From assembly GCA_023412475.1 (NCBI GenBank), contig JAEYNR010000039.1:30208-94207 (forward strand): a stretch of DNA of 64,000 nt, given 5' to 3'. Below, in pieces: positions 10,572-21,713 of this stretch. The notes under the pieces are model-generated. The model had not been told where the DNA came from and made no database searches. It worked only from the letters and a program-made list of their open reading frames with translations. The first letter of the stretch is position 1. Each line of letters starts with the position of its first letter. The position numbers and the translations under genes are program-made. Source of the DNA: Fibrobacterota bacterium. Lineage in GTDB: Bacteria; Fibrobacterota; Chitinivibrionia; Chitinivibrionales; Chitinispirillaceae.

Positions 10572-11696
10572 ATGAAGATTATACATATTATTCAAGGTGG
10601 TGTTGGTGGAACTCTTGAATATTTAAAACTTTTGATTCCAAGGCTTGAAAATCATGGCTTTGAAAACAAAGTTATCTGCCACAGTGAAATTAGTGAAGAA
10701 CTGAACAAACTCTGCATTAAAACTTTTACAATTGATATGAGTAGAGAGATATCTCTGAAAGATGATTCGATTTCTTTAATTAACATCTACAAGGTTTTAA
10801 AATCATATAAACCTGATATATGCTATCTTCATAGCTCAAAAGCCGGAGCACTAGGTAGACTCGCCTGTTTTTTTACCAGAACTAAATGTATATATAATCC
10901 ACACGGCTGGTCTTTTGCAATGAAAACAGGTTATAAAACTAAATTATTATATATCTTCATTGAAAAATTATTATCTCTTCTCTGCAGCAGAATTATTTTG
11001 ATTTCTGATGCTGAAATGTCAATTGCCAAGCTTTATAATATTGCTCCTGAAAACAAATTTAATACCATTTACAACGGCATTGATATCAATAAATTTTCTA
11101 ATGCATTGGCTGTAGACCGCAAGTCAGTTTTAGATTCAAATGATAAAAACGTAGTAATCGGTATGGTGGGCAGGCTTACTGAACAGAAGGATCCGCTTAA
11201 ATTTATTAGAATTTCAGCGGAAATTTTGAAAGTAATTAAAAATGCAAAGTTTATCCTGGTTGGTGATGGAAACCTGCGTGAAAAAACTTTAAATTTAGCA
11301 AAAGAATTAGGTGTATCAGATAATCTGGTTTTAACTGGATGGGTAAAAAACCCGGAATCCTATATTAAAGCTTTTGATATTGCTGTACTGACATCCAGGT
11401 GGGAAGGTTTTGGACTGGTATTGGCTGAATATATGGCTGCAGGTAAACCAATTGTTGCTTCGAACATTGATGGGATTCCAAATGTGATTACCGATAGATT
11501 TGATGGTTTGCTGGCTGCACCTGGAGATGTCAATGATTTCGTATCTAAGATTCTATCAATAATTAGCGACAAAAAGTTGTCAGACAAGCTTGTTCAAAAT
11601 GCAATAAACACTGTTAAAACCAAATTTTCAGTCGATAGGGTCATAATCGAACATGCGCAATTATTTGATAAAATTATAAATAAAAAGGAGCCTTAA
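10572..11696 (+). CDS. Glycosyltransferase family 4
   Basis: GT-B C-terminal motif EGFGLVLAEYMAAGKPIVASNIDGIPNVI (E-x7-E). Confidence 0.85.
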   Translation: MKIIHIIQGGVGGTLEYLKLLIPRLENHGFENKVICHSEISEELNKLCIKTFTIDMSREISLKDDSISLINIYKVLKSYKPDICYLHSSKAGALGRLACFFTRTKCIYNPHGWSFAMKTGYKTKLLYIFIEKLLSLLCSRIILISDAEMSIAKLYNIAPENKFNTIYNGIDINKFSNALAVDRKSVLDSNDKNVVIGMVGRLTEQKDPLKFIRISAEILKVIKNAKFILVGDGNLREKTLNLAKELGVSDNLVLTGWVKNPESYIKAFDIAVLTSRWEGFGLVLAEYMAAGKPIVASNIDGIPNVITDRFDGLLAAPGDVNDFVSKILSIISDKKLSDKLVQNAINTVKTKFSVDRVIIEHAQLFDKIINKKEP

Positions 11697-11709
11697 CTGT
11701 AGATTCACC

Positions 11710-12759
11710 ATGACAGAAACTGATTCATTTTATAAGCCATCTATGGTATCGCCTCTTGTTTCTTTCATTATTCCTGTTCGTAATCTTGAATATCTCCTTG
11801 ATAGGTGCATTCAATCAATTCTGAATCAAAACTACTCCAATTATGAAATTATTGCAGTAGAAAACGGCTCCACTGATTCAACATGGGAAATTCTTCTCTC
11901 CTTATCAAAAAATGATAATCGAATAAGACCGTTTCAACTGACTAACATTGTTGGAGTTTCTGCCGCCAGAAATTTCGGCTTGGAAAATGCGAAGGGTGAA
12001 TATGTTTGCTTTGTAGATGGCGATGATTTTATTTACCCTGATTTTATAAAACTTATGATTGAGCCTTTGATTAATAACCAAGCAGATTTTTCCATCTGTG
12101 ATATTACCTATGATGGTAAAAAGAGAGGCAATCGAGCCTTTCCAAAAAACCGGTTTGATTTTTCATCTGAATCCGACTTTATACTCGGTCTAAGGCTTAG
12201 TGCAGGCTCTTCCTGTGCCAAAGTTTTCAAAAGTAATTTACTTGGTTCTACAAAATTTCCAGCTCTTTCTATAGGTGAAGACAGCCTTTTCATGCTCGAA
12301 ATTTATTCAAAAAAACCAATACTTCATTATGTTCCCTACATTGGATATTTCTACTATCAGAATCCATCTTCTGCTACTCATGATCTTACAGAATCAAAAA
12401 TTAATTCCAATTTCTCTTTTTTTAAACATGGTAAAACTATTTTACAGGATTATGGACTTTGGCAAATCGCTGGAAATTACTGGAAGACTAGAGCCAAAAC
12501 AAACTCAATAGAACGTTTTCAAAAGATTAAAAATCGTAATCTTAAAGTTTACTGGAAAAAAAGCTTCATTTCATTTTTGAAGAGTGATTTTTTTGATAAC
12601 AGCTTAATCAAGCAATTGGTTATTGTCGCATTTAAAATTTCTCCTATATTTTTATTGGAGTTTATTTTTTTAATGCGCTCTATAATATTTAACGTTGCCC
12701 GTTTCTTTGTTAATCAAAAGAGCAATGTTACAAGGAGATTAACTGGAAGATTGAATTAA
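11710..12759 (+). CDS. Glycosyltransferase family 2
   Basis: VSFIIPVRN...ILNQNYSNYEIIAVENGSTDST and FVDGDDF (DxD). The start may instead be the internal Met at 11743. Confidence 0.8.
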   Translation: MTETDSFYKPSMVSPLVSFIIPVRNLEYLLDRCIQSILNQNYSNYEIIAVENGSTDSTWEILLSLSKNDNRIRPFQLTNIVGVSAARNFGLENAKGEYVCFVDGDDFIYPDFIKLMIEPLINNQADFSICDITYDGKKRGNRAFPKNRFDFSSESDFILGLRLSAGSSCAKVFKSNLLGSTKFPALSIGEDSLFMLEIYSKKPILHYVPYIGYFYYQNPSSATHDLTESKINSNFSFFKHGKTILQDYGLWQIAGNYWKTRAKTNSIERFQKIKNRNLKVYWKKSFISFLKSDFFDNSLIKQLVIVAFKISPIFLLEFIFLMRSIIFNVARFFVNQKSNVTRRLTGRLN

Positions 12760-13740
12760 TTTTATCAGTTGATCTTTTCCATACTGTGCATCAAAAGGGT
12801 TTTGAATCCTTTTAATTTTCCTGTTACGCACAGCTTCCGCAATTTTTCCATAATCTTTAAATTCAAAAAGGTTTTCCTGAGGAAGAATAAATTTATTTAC
12901 ATTCATATTATAAGCAATACAAAGACAATTTGCTTCCATAGCTTCTAGTAATACCATTGGCATCATCTCATAATTATTCCATGAGGGAAAAAAGAAAAAT
13001 TGCACACCATTTAAAATCGATATTACATCATTTTGAAAACCACAATAATAAACAGCCCCTTCCAAAAGTGTTTTATTTCTTTCATGAAATCGTTGTACTT
13101 CTTCTCTTTCTGGACCATCACCAATGTATAAATAACAATAATCTTTTGTACCAAGCACTTTAGCGAGCTCTAATAGGTGTACTGAATTTTTACCTTTTTT
13201 CATTCCCCCAGCAAAGGCAATTATTTTTCTTTTTCCAGACCAATTTCTTATTTTTTCATTTAATACATTATCTTGCATCATTTCATGATCTATATAATTG
13301 CTTATATAGAATAATTTTCCAGGGAAGATCTTCTCTGCGGTATCCCTTTCAGCAGGAGTAATCAGTACCGCTTTTCTTATAAATACACGCAAAACCATAA
13401 AAATTGTTTTGGTTAACGAAGTATATTGAAAATGTCTCACGTATATGATTTTTACCCTATTGAAAAAGAATATCTTTAGTAAGCAACATATCATTATTGT
13501 TTTTGTTGTATGACAAAAGAATAAACATTCTTTTTTTATTATCTTTTTTAGAAGATTGAAAAACATTATTACGTAGTTTTTAAACAAAATAACATTCTTT
13601 TCATTTTCTCTTTCAGGATCCTTAATAGCATAAACAAATGAATAAACACCCTTCATTTCATTCAATGTATCCTGGTAGGTTAAGGCAACCCGTTCTGCAC
13701 CGCCATATCGAAATCGGTCTAGAAGATGAATACAGATCAA
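12739..13740 (-). CDS. Glycosyltransferase (GT-B, GT1/GT4-like)
   Basis: N-terminal HLLDRFRYGGAERV and C-terminal MPMVLLEAMEANCLCIAY. Its 3' end overlaps the convergent GT2 gene by 21 nt. Confidence 0.65.
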   Translation of the reverse strand: MICIHLLDRFRYGGAERVALTYQDTLNEMKGVYSFVYAIKDPERENEKNVILFKNYVIMFFNLLKKIIKKECLFFCHTTKTIMICCLLKIFFFNRVKIIYVRHFQYTSLTKTIFMVLRVFIRKAVLITPAERDTAEKIFPGKLFYISNYIDHEMMQDNVLNEKIRNWSGKRKIIAFAGGMKKGKNSVHLLELAKVLGTKDYCYLYIGDGPEREEVQRFHERNKTLLEGAVYYCGFQNDVISILNGVQFFFFPSWNNYEMMPMVLLEAMEANCLCIAYNMNVNKFILPQENLFEFKDYGKIAEAVRNRKIKRIQNPFDAQYGKDQLIKLIQSSS

Positions 13741-15146
13741 AACACCTTCTTTTCTTGATATTTATCTATCACAACTTGGTCTTTATTATTGTTATTTTTA
13801 AAAATCGGACCAATGATAATTGTTGCTGACAACAAAAACCACTGATTAAGATATTCAACAAATCCAAAAGAAAAACATAATAAAAAATTAGTCATCCATA
13901 AAAATATCGCTTCTCTTTGCCATTTAAGAAGATGCCTCTTTTTATATCGATATTTTAAATAAATAATTAACAATCCTGCGAAACTAAAAATGATCCACGT
14001 TATTCCAAAATCTGCTAAATATCGGAAAAAATGGGATTGAATATTGGATCTTTCTCTTGATGTCTCTGATGTCATTCCCCACTTTGGAAGATAATCATAA
14101 ACTATATACTTTTCATTCGAAAAACCTACTCCTAAGGGATTATCCTTAAACAGATTTAATGCTCCTGCAATGGACCCAATTCTTGTAGATGATGATATAT
14201 CTTTATTACTCTTGAACAAAAACACTCGATTAACAATTCGATAATATGTTTCGTAATAAGTTACAAAAATATAAATAAATCCTACACAAATTATCAGCAC
14301 AAAAAGAAGCCTTTTTAGCGTTAACCTTTTTCTAAAAGAAAAGGAAAATATGAATAGCACATTTATTGAGGCAATTATGTAAGAAGTTGTGGAAAATGAA
14401 AATATTAGACATCCGAACGAAAGCACTATCATAAGAAGATCAAATATTTTTCCGAATGAATAATATCCATTGAGATAACGGCATAAGACAAATGGAAATA
14501 CATACAACAAAAAAAAAGTAGATAAAACAGCAGGCTCATGAAACGTACCTTTAACTCTGAATTCCATTAAAGCATTTGACTTTAATTGAGCAATTCCAGT
14601 CCAACTTCCCTCTATATATTTGTATAAAAATGAAGAATAATATTCTGAAATGACATTTTTGATACCTAATATAAGTAATATTTGTATTATAGAAACTATA
14701 ATAACAATCACAACAGGAATCATAATAAAAAGAAAAAGCCTTTTCTGGCTTATCCTATTCACTGTATATTGAATGCCACAGAGTGGAATCAGTATGAACG
14801 CAAAAAATTCTACTGCCAGTTTTATTGAAGATAATATCCCGTTTATTTCAAACTTTAAAGATGCTAATGCGACACTAACCCAATTACAAGTAATAAAGAT
14901 TAATGCTATAAATAAAGTTACTTTAAATTTCTTTACAGCATCTTTACGCAGAGTGCATATACAGACAGTACCTAAAGCAAAGAAATATATTCTGGCAAGA
15001 TCCTGGAATTGGATTTTATTAAGAAAAACATTAGGAAAAGCACAAAAAGGTATCAGTAAGAATGGAACAACATAAAACCACTCTTTGGATATAGCAAATA
15101 AAGACTTACTTTTAACAGCTTCTTGTTTTGAAACATTGTGTATCAC
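13737..15146 (-). CDS. O-antigen polymerase/ligase-like polytopic membrane protein (Wzy-like)
   Basis: 469 aa with about 10 or more hydrophobic segments, embedded among glycosyltransferases. 4-nt overlap with the downstream gene. Assigned from topology and context only. Confidence 0.55.
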   Translation of the reverse strand: MIHNVSKQEAVKSKSLFAISKEWFYVVPFLLIPFCAFPNVFLNKIQFQDLARIYFFALGTVCICTLRKDAVKKFKVTLFIALIFITCNWVSVALASLKFEINGILSSIKLAVEFFAFILIPLCGIQYTVNRISQKRLFLFIMIPVVIVIIVSIIQILLILGIKNVISEYYSSFLYKYIEGSWTGIAQLKSNALMEFRVKGTFHEPAVLSTFFLLYVFPFVLCRYLNGYYSFGKIFDLLMIVLSFGCLIFSFSTTSYIIASINVLFIFSFSFRKRLTLKRLLFVLIICVGFIYIFVTYYETYYRIVNRVFLFKSNKDISSSTRIGSIAGALNLFKDNPLGVGFSNEKYIVYDYLPKWGMTSETSRERSNIQSHFFRYLADFGITWIIFSFAGLLIIYLKYRYKKRHLLKWQREAIFLWMTNFLLCFSFGFVEYLNQWFLLSATIIIGPIFKNNNNKDQVVIDKYQEKKVF

Positions 15147-15147
15147 A

Positions 15148-16065
15148 CTATTTTACCGACCATCTTTTTTGCAAACCCTGAGCCACTCTGCACATATCTA
15201 AAACTTTATAAACAGAATTCTTTGGAAGAATTTTTAAAAACATCAATTTCAGTACAAGTTTTAAGATGGTAACTAACCAGTGCTTAAAAGGTGGGTTTAA
15301 TCCTAAGTCTTTATTTATTCTGCATATTTCCTTATACATATTAATGTAATTATTCAATGAAGAGGATAATCCACCATACAAAACGGAACTCACATCAACC
15401 GCGCAATAATAAGGATCTTTATTTTTCAAACTTTTCAATAAGAATTCCGTATCACCAGCAATCAAATAACTAGTGTTGAAAGGTTGGGGATCGATAAATA
15501 ATGATTTATGTTGAAATATCGTTGCATGGTCTGGGAGTTCAGGCCTGAAAAAAACCCATTTCCCTTTCATCTCAGACCAGGAACGTTCTTTCTTTTCAAT
15601 AACAGTTCTGTTTTCCGGGCTGATATATATAGCATTTCCAAAAACAAGCTCATGTTCAGGAAAAGCCTTTGAAAGAAAAGGGGCAACTTGCTCTAAAGCA
15701 GTATCTGAAGCCAACTCATCTCCTGAGCCAATAAAGATTATCCAATCACCCTGAATGTATTTGCTTGCCTTATTCCAGGCATCATAAATTCCTGTATCTT
15801 TTTCACTGAACCAAAAATCTATGCAATCTTCATTTTGTTTTAAGATTTCAACTGTTCCGTCCTTTGAATCACCATCCGCTATAATCCATTGAATATTTGG
15901 ATAGGACTGTTTGCGAATCGAATTTATTGTCCAAGGAAGAGATTTCTCTGTATTGTAGGTAGAGGTAATAATAGTTATTACAGGAAGATCAAAAGATCTC
16001 TGGGATTGCCAGTTCTTTCGAGCTCCACCGGATTTCTCATAAATATTATTTTTAATATTATTCAT
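15148..16065 (-). CDS. Glycosyltransferase family 2
   Basis: ITIITSTYNTEKSLPWTINSIRKQSYPNIQWIIADGDSKDGT (GT-A fold signature). Confidence 0.8.
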   Translation of the reverse strand: MNNIKNNIYEKSGGARKNWQSQRSFDLPVITIITSTYNTEKSLPWTINSIRKQSYPNIQWIIADGDSKDGTVEILKQNEDCIDFWFSEKDTGIYDAWNKASKYIQGDWIIFIGSGDELASDTALEQVAPFLSKAFPEHELVFGNAIYISPENRTVIEKKERSWSEMKGKWVFFRPELPDHATIFQHKSLFIDPQPFNTSYLIAGDTEFLLKSLKNKDPYYCAVDVSSVLYGGLSSSLNNYINMYKEICRINKDLGLNPPFKHWLVTILKLVLKLMFLKILPKNSVYKVLDMCRVAQGLQKRWSVK

Positions 16066-16238
16066 TGTATAAATAAAAGTTAATTATTATTCTATCACTT
16101 ATAGCTCATTGAGTTCGATTTTAGAAGAATAAACCGTTGTTGATTAATGTTTACTTGTGTTTTTTTTAATTGTTTAACCCAATGGTTTAGTTACTCATTA
16201 TCACTTATGAAATTATAAAAATTCCACAAATCATGATT

Positions 16239-17435
16239 CTATTCCCAACAGTTTCTAATATTTTTAATTTCATTAAAATATTGTTCCAACTTCGCAATTG
16301 TATTTTGGATGATAAATGTGTTTTCATTTCTCACCTTGGAAGCTTTTCCAATCATTTTCTCTCTAACATTTTTATCTATTATTTTCTCCATACAATCAGC
16401 AATCTCATCATAATTTTCTGGTTTAAAATATAATGCAGCCTCTAACAATATTTCTCTATGGCCAATCAGATCCGAACATAATACTGGGCACTCTAATGCT
16501 AATGCTTCCAACAAAGGCATATTGGTTGGCCCGAAAAAGGTTGTCATTACAAGAGCTGTCGCGTTTCGGTAAAAAGTATAAATTTCCTCTGTTTCAACGA
16601 ATCCACCAAACACTACATCTTTTTCCAATTTAAGTGCACTTACCTGATTTATTATATAATCAAGATTACCCTGGTCCGAACCTGTTAACATTAATTTGAA
16701 ATTTTTATTTCTCTTAGAAAATTTTGCAAATGCTTGCAATAATCCATAATGATTTTTATGAGCCCAGAATTGTGCAGGATAAAAGAAATATTTATTCTTT
16801 TCTAAATTATATTTTTCTAAAGTAGTTAACTGATTTTCTTCACTTATATTTTGAAGAATAGATCTTCCTGCAAAAATTGGTAATACCTTTATTTTTTCTT
16901 CAGCTATCCCTGTATATTTTATTAACTCCTGTTTCCCAGCTTCAGATTCACAAAAAACCATCAAAGCTTTTTTCAAATGGTAATCGTACCATTTATTCCT
17001 TATGTTATATTGATTATTAATGAAAAATTCCGGAAAAGCAAAGGTCGCCTTATGCCCGATATCCCAATTGTTAGAAATAAAAGGAAAATTCGTAATATAA
17101 GCATACCCTTGTGTCGGGTAGAAAATTACTTTAACTCCATTTCTTTGAAGATACTTACCAATTATATTTTCATAAAAACAATTATATCTGTACTTGAATT
17201 GAGTTGGAATTAGAAATGAAGCTATTTCAAATATTTTAAATAGCAATTTTCGATAAAATGGAATTAGAATTACTTTTTTATTAAGTCCGTGTACTGGGCC
17301 ATTATTTGATATAAATGCAATTTTCACATCTTTAAAATCTTTATGATCAATATTTTCAATCATAAAATCATAATAAGAAGAACCTCCACCTATAGTTGGA
17401 GTATAATTTATTGATAACCATACTCCAATTTTCAT
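16239..17435 (-). CDS. Glycosyltransferase family 1/4
   Basis: GT-B C-terminal region FGPTNMPLLEALALECPVLCSD. 4-nt overlap with the upstream aminotransferase gene. Confidence 0.75.
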   Translation of the reverse strand: MKIGVWLSINYTPTIGGGSSYYDFMIENIDHKDFKDVKIAFISNNGPVHGLNKKVILIPFYRKLLFKIFEIASFLIPTQFKYRYNCFYENIIGKYLQRNGVKVIFYPTQGYAYITNFPFISNNWDIGHKATFAFPEFFINNQYNIRNKWYDYHLKKALMVFCESEAGKQELIKYTGIAEEKIKVLPIFAGRSILQNISEENQLTTLEKYNLEKNKYFFYPAQFWAHKNHYGLLQAFAKFSKRNKNFKLMLTGSDQGNLDYIINQVSALKLEKDVVFGGFVETEEIYTFYRNATALVMTTFFGPTNMPLLEALALECPVLCSDLIGHREILLEAALYFKPENYDEIADCMEKIIDKNVREKMIGKASKVRNENTFIIQNTIAKLEQYFNEIKNIRNCWE

Positions 17436-18559
17436 TTTTTATGGAAATCCTTTATTTTATTGCAAATTTTTACTATTATTTCTTCTGAAAGATTACTAGC
17501 TGAGGGCAAGTATAAACCATTGTTAGTCAACCAATCACTCACATTGAATTTTCCTGAACAGTTACAACCATAATTCAACAGTGACTTTTGATTATGCATT
17601 CCGTTAAAAAGCAACCTGGTATCAATTCCATTTTCCTTTAAATAAGAGATCAGTTTGTCTCTACTTTTGCCAAATTTTTCAGGCTCTATTACTATAGCAT
17701 TCATCCAGCATACATTAAGCGCATCTTTATTTTCTTCCTGAAACACAACTCCTGGAATTTCTGCCAGTAATTCGCGATAGATCCGATTATTCCTGATACG
17801 CATTTGCTTATATTGATCAGCCTTTTCTACCTGAGCTAACCCTATTGCCGCAATTACATTGGACATTCTATAATTAAAACCTATTTTGTCATGAGTATAA
17901 TTTCGATTTCCTGATAATGGGAAACACATATTCTTAAAATATCTGGCATTATTATAGAAGCTTTCATCATCTGTTACAACCATCCCTCCTTCTCCGGTAG
18001 TAATGTTCTTGTTTGCAAAAAAACTGAACGAAGCAATATCAGAATACTTTCCAGCTTTTATTCCCTTATACTCTGCCCCATGCGCTTCTGCCGCATCTTC
18101 AACTATATACAAATTGTACTTTTCTGCTATTACCTTTATCTTATCCATCTGGCACATAAGACCAAAAATATGTACCGGCATAATAGCTTTTGTTCGAGAA
18201 GTTATTTTTTCTTCAATTTTGCTTATATCAATATTCCATGATTTTTTGTCTGCATCCACAAAAACCGGTGTAGCGCCAGTATAGCAAACAGCAAATGCTG
18301 AAGCAATCATGGTGAATGATGGAATAATTACCTCATCTCCTTTGCCTATTCCCAGACTAGCCATTGCCAAATGCAGTGAGACTGTTCCATTACAGACAGC
18401 AACTCCGTATTTGCATCCACAGTATCCTGCAAATTTATTTTCAAATTCAGTCACATATTTCCCAGCAGAAGAAATCCAACCTGTAGAAATAGCATCCATT
18501 ACATATTTTAATTCATTTCCGTTAAGAAATGGTTCACATACCGGAATAAATTCATCCAT
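17432..18559 (-). CDS. DegT/DnrJ/EryC1/StrS-family PLP-dependent sugar aminotransferase
   Basis: FIPVCEPFLNGNELKYV...GWISSAGKYV and the PLP-Lys region SFSFFANKNITTGEGGMV. I prefer ATG 18559 (GAGGA 9 nt upstream, ATGGATGA overlap with the upstream stop) over the track's 18583. Confidence 0.88.
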   Translation of the reverse strand: MDEFIPVCEPFLNGNELKYVMDAISTGWISSAGKYVTEFENKFAGYCGCKYGVAVCNGTVSLHLAMASLGIGKGDEVIIPSFTMIASAFAVCYTGATPVFVDADKKSWNIDISKIEEKITSRTKAIMPVHIFGLMCQMDKIKVIAEKYNLYIVEDAAEAHGAEYKGIKAGKYSDIASFSFFANKNITTGEGGMVVTDDESFYNNARYFKNMCFPLSGNRNYTHDKIGFNYRMSNVIAAIGLAQVEKADQYKQMRIRNNRIYRELLAEIPGVVFQEENKDALNVCWMNAIVIEPEKFGKSRDKLISYLKENGIDTRLLFNGMHNQKSLLNYGCNCSGKFNVSDWLTNNGLYLPSASNLSEEIIVKICNKIKDFHKK

Positions 18560-18995
18560 GTGTGACAATCCTCGCATTTTCACTCTCTATTGGTTTAAAT
18601 CTTATCTTATCTTGTTCACCACAATAAGGCCCCTGCTTAACTTCTATAATTTCCGATTGTTCTAACATTTCAAATCCGTGCCCTCCATGAGCAAGCATAA
18701 CCACGTCCCCTTCTGCGACAACCCGGCTTTCCAGATAATTCTGCTCATCATCATAAAAATCGACTCTTACTTTTCCAGATCTAATTATGAGTACTTCCTG
18801 TGTCAACTCTACTTTCCGCTCTACTAAATTATGTACATGCGGTGGTATGACATATCCAGCGGGTCTGTTCATATATCCAAGCTGTTGCGAAAAGCTATCT
18901 GGTGTAAAGAAAGCTATGCCATTCTTTTGGTAATTGCTATAAATTATTATTCCCAGGATTCTTTCGTTTACTTTTATTTCTTCAATCATAATCAC
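18552..18995 (-). CDS. Cupin-fold protein, possible sugar isomerase/epimerase
   Basis: Cupin-like PPHVH ... GDVVMLAHGGHGFE pattern. It sits between the acetyltransferase and aminotransferase genes. The exact family (FdtA/WbuC/CapF-C-like) cannot be resolved by eye. Confidence 0.5.
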   Translation of the reverse strand: MIMIEEIKVNERILGIIIYSNYQKNGIAFFTPDSFSQQLGYMNRPAGYVIPPHVHNLVERKVELTQEVLIIRSGKVRVDFYDDEQNYLESRVVAEGDVVMLAHGGHGFEMLEQSEIIEVKQGPYCGEQDKIRFKPIESENARIVTHG

Positions 18996-19651
18996 TCACC
19001 ATATCTAGGTTTAACATATTTTGCCGGGTCACCAGCAATAAAGGAATTTTCCGGAAATGAATCCAATACTACGGAATTAGAGCGAACAAAAGAATCTTTT
19101 TCAATTTTCACTCCTGGAAACACACACACATTTATTCCTATCCACACATTTTCCTCAAATTCAATATTACCAATAACCGAAGGTGATAATCCATTATATG
19201 GAACAACAGGTGTTCTTGATCTATTATCTATAGGATTATAATGCAAACTTGACAATGAATATATTTTACTTCCTGTACTCATCACACAGCAATCACCCAG
19301 CTTTATTCCCCCATATGCAAATAACATACAGTATTGCGCAATGTGACAGTTTTTCCCTATAAACAATTCGCCTCTTTTAACATTTGCTTTAGGGTTGTCT
19401 TTTATTTTCAGTGCTCTGTAGGAAAGATCCAGATCTGTACTACTTGCTACCAGAATACTGGATTTATCTATATGAGCGCAGTCACCTATTGAAATATAGG
19501 GTAATCCATACATAAATACACCAGTATCTATAATCACATTTTTACCTAAATGATTAAGTTGACTTTTATACATCATGGTTCGCAACAAGTTTCCTGCAGA
19601 ACCATCGATATTTCTAATTATAGAAAACAGAAATTCTTTAAGCATTTTCAA
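18992..19651 (-). CDS. Left-handed beta-helix (hexapeptide-repeat) acyl/acetyltransferase
   Basis: Imperfect hexapeptide repeats (IGDCAHIDKSSIL, IGKNCHIAQYCML, IGINVCVFPGVKI) and C-terminal AGDPAK. Confidence 0.7.
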   Translation of the reverse strand: MKMLKEFLFSIIRNIDGSAGNLLRTMMYKSQLNHLGKNVIIDTGVFMYGLPYISIGDCAHIDKSSILVASSTDLDLSYRALKIKDNPKANVKRGELFIGKNCHIAQYCMLFAYGGIKLGDCCVMSTGSKIYSLSSLHYNPIDNRSRTPVVPYNGLSPSVIGNIEFEENVWIGINVCVFPGVKIEKDSFVRSNSVVLDSFPENSFIAGDPAKYVKPRYGE

Positions 19652-19656
19652 TTTAC

Positions 19657-20265
19657 TTAAGTGGTATATTTCACAATTTTAGCCGGATTCCCTGCTACAA
19701 CAGCATAATCCGGAACATCCTTGGTTACTACACTTCCAGCTCCAATTATGGCACCTTCCCCTATCGTAACTCCCTTTAAAATTATGCTATTAAACCCTAT
19801 CCAAGCTTTATCCTTGATTATAACTGGAGCTCTTTTTACAACAGACCAATCTTTATATATGCCGATTTTACCAATCTGCATTGCTTTCAAAGCATCCTTC
19901 ACATCATTAGTCCGCTCTGTTGAAATTAAAGAATGTGCATTATTATCCACAATAGTGACTCCCCAAGAAGTCATAACATCATTCCCAATTATGATTTCGT
20001 TTATACAAATAAGCTTACTTCCTCCAATAAAGGAATTATTGCCAATTTTAATTTTCCCACTCAAAGTCTCAAAAACGAATGTTCCACTTAAAAACGTATT
20101 GCTACCAACATCTAAATAGGTACGCTTGTTTTTGTCTATATTCCTAAAGATAATTTGCAGTTCATTAGTTATACTACCAGACCCTGTTTTTACAATGCCT
20201 TTTTTAATTAAATTATTGATATTATTGGGTTTTAAAATTTTAGAAATAATTTTTCGTGTAATCAT
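19657..20265 (-). CDS. Hexapeptide-repeat sugar acetyltransferase (WbbJ/Mac-like)
   Basis: [44 protein letters not shown]. Confidence 0.85.
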   Translation of the reverse strand: MITRKIISKILKPNNINNLIKKGIVKTGSGSITNELQIIFRNIDKNKRTYLDVGSNTFLSGTFVFETLSGKIKIGNNSFIGGSKLICINEIIIGNDVMTSWGVTIVDNNAHSLISTERTNDVKDALKAMQIGKIGIYKDWSVVKRAPVIIKDKAWIGFNSIILKGVTIGEGAIIGAGSVVTKDVPDYAVVAGNPAKIVKYTT

Positions 20266-20290
20266 TTAAACTCTCATTATTTGACATTCC

Positions 20291-21571
20291 TTAATTTTTT
20301 AATTCTAAATGATCAAAATTGGTAATACAATGGTCAAACACTTTTTTCATTCTTTTTTTAAATGCTTCTACCCCAAAATGTTTAATTACCATTTGCCTTA
20401 TTTCATTCTTATCAAAAGTTATTCTTCCTTCCAGCCACTCTTTTATTTCCTCAGCTATCGATTTGAAATCTCTCAAATGATACAAACGACCACATTCATC
20501 AGTTAAAAAATCTTCCACCCCTCCACATCTGGTAGAAAACACTGGTAAACCACAAGCCATTGCTTCGAGCAATGAAACAGGTAATCCTTCTTGAATACTG
20601 GTCAGCACGAACAAGTCGGATTGATGGTAGTAATGGATCATCTTATCTCTGGATACAAAATTTCTGATTTCAGTAATATCTGAAAGATTATATCTTTTAA
20701 ATTGGTTATAAAATTTCTCCTCACCTTCAGCCCACATACTTTTTGAAGTGTTTGGAGCAATACCAATTATCTTAATTTTAAAGTTTTTAGTAGTAATTGT
20801 TCTTAGGTGACTCATTGCTCTGAAAAACGTTGTATAATCTTTGTAAAAATTACATGCAGCCACTATTAAAATTTCAGGAATATATCCGCTTTGCTTTTCT
20901 GGTTTTAATGAAAAAATATTTTCATCAACCATGTTTCCCACTACAATTGGTGAACAATCTATGTTTCCCATAAGAATTTGGCGAGCTTTGTCATAACTAA
21001 CCACTAATAACGAATCTGCATTTTCCAGAGACTTTTTTAAGGATTTTTTACTGTGAAAGGGTATTGCTTCGATACTAAATGGTACATGTTCTGCCAAAAT
21101 TACAGGTATTTTGCAATGTGCTCCTAATTTATAAGCGGGTACCCCATTAATAATTGAAGTCATAGCATAAATTAAATCTGGCTTGAAATTTAATTTTTTT
21201 ACAAAATAATGATGCATCCTGATATATGTTTTTAACTCAAGTTTTTCATTAATCCATTTTAAAAAGTTATCTGATAAAAATGCAGGAACAAGCTTCTCTA
21301 TCTTATTTAAATTTAAACCATATCCAATGAAACTGATTGCCTTTGGCGGTTGTAATAAGTCCAAATTACCAATATGTGATTTTAATTGAAAAGTACAAAC
21401 GCGGATAATAAATTTAATAAAGTTTTCTCTTCTGAAATCTACAAATCCTACATACATATTAAATTCAGAGCCTAAAGCTAAGGCCTGTTCCTGGAAAAAA
21501 CTTCCATTTATTGGGTTTGTTTTTGTGGGATACCATGAAGGTATCATTAAAACATTTTTCATATTAACCAA
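20291..21571 (-). CDS. Glycosyltransferase family 4
   Basis: N-terminal MIPSWYPTKTNPINGSFFQEQA and C-terminal QEGLPVSLLEAMACGLPVFSTRCGGVEDF. The start could be the Met at 21562. Confidence 0.75.
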   Translation of the reverse strand: MVNMKNVLMIPSWYPTKTNPINGSFFQEQALALGSEFNMYVGFVDFRRENFIKFIIRVCTFQLKSHIGNLDLLQPPKAISFIGYGLNLNKIEKLVPAFLSDNFLKWINEKLELKTYIRMHHYFVKKLNFKPDLIYAMTSIINGVPAYKLGAHCKIPVILAEHVPFSIEAIPFHSKKSLKKSLENADSLLVVSYDKARQILMGNIDCSPIVVGNMVDENIFSLKPEKQSGYIPEILIVAACNFYKDYTTFFRAMSHLRTITTKNFKIKIIGIAPNTSKSMWAEGEEKFYNQFKRYNLSDITEIRNFVSRDKMIHYYHQSDLFVLTSIQEGLPVSLLEAMACGLPVFSTRCGGVEDFLTDECGRLYHLRDFKSIAEEIKEWLEGRITFDKNEIRQMVIKHFGVEAFKKRMKKVFDHCITNFDHLELKN

Positions 21572-21713
21572 TTATAATAACATTGTTTATTGTATTAACA
21601 AGGCTTTATCTTTCTTTTAAATAAATACCTCAGTGCGAATATTTTTTTTCATTACTAATTAGATGCTTGTATGTGAGGAGCTACAGGATAACTAAAAAAT
21701 AAATTAGAATAAA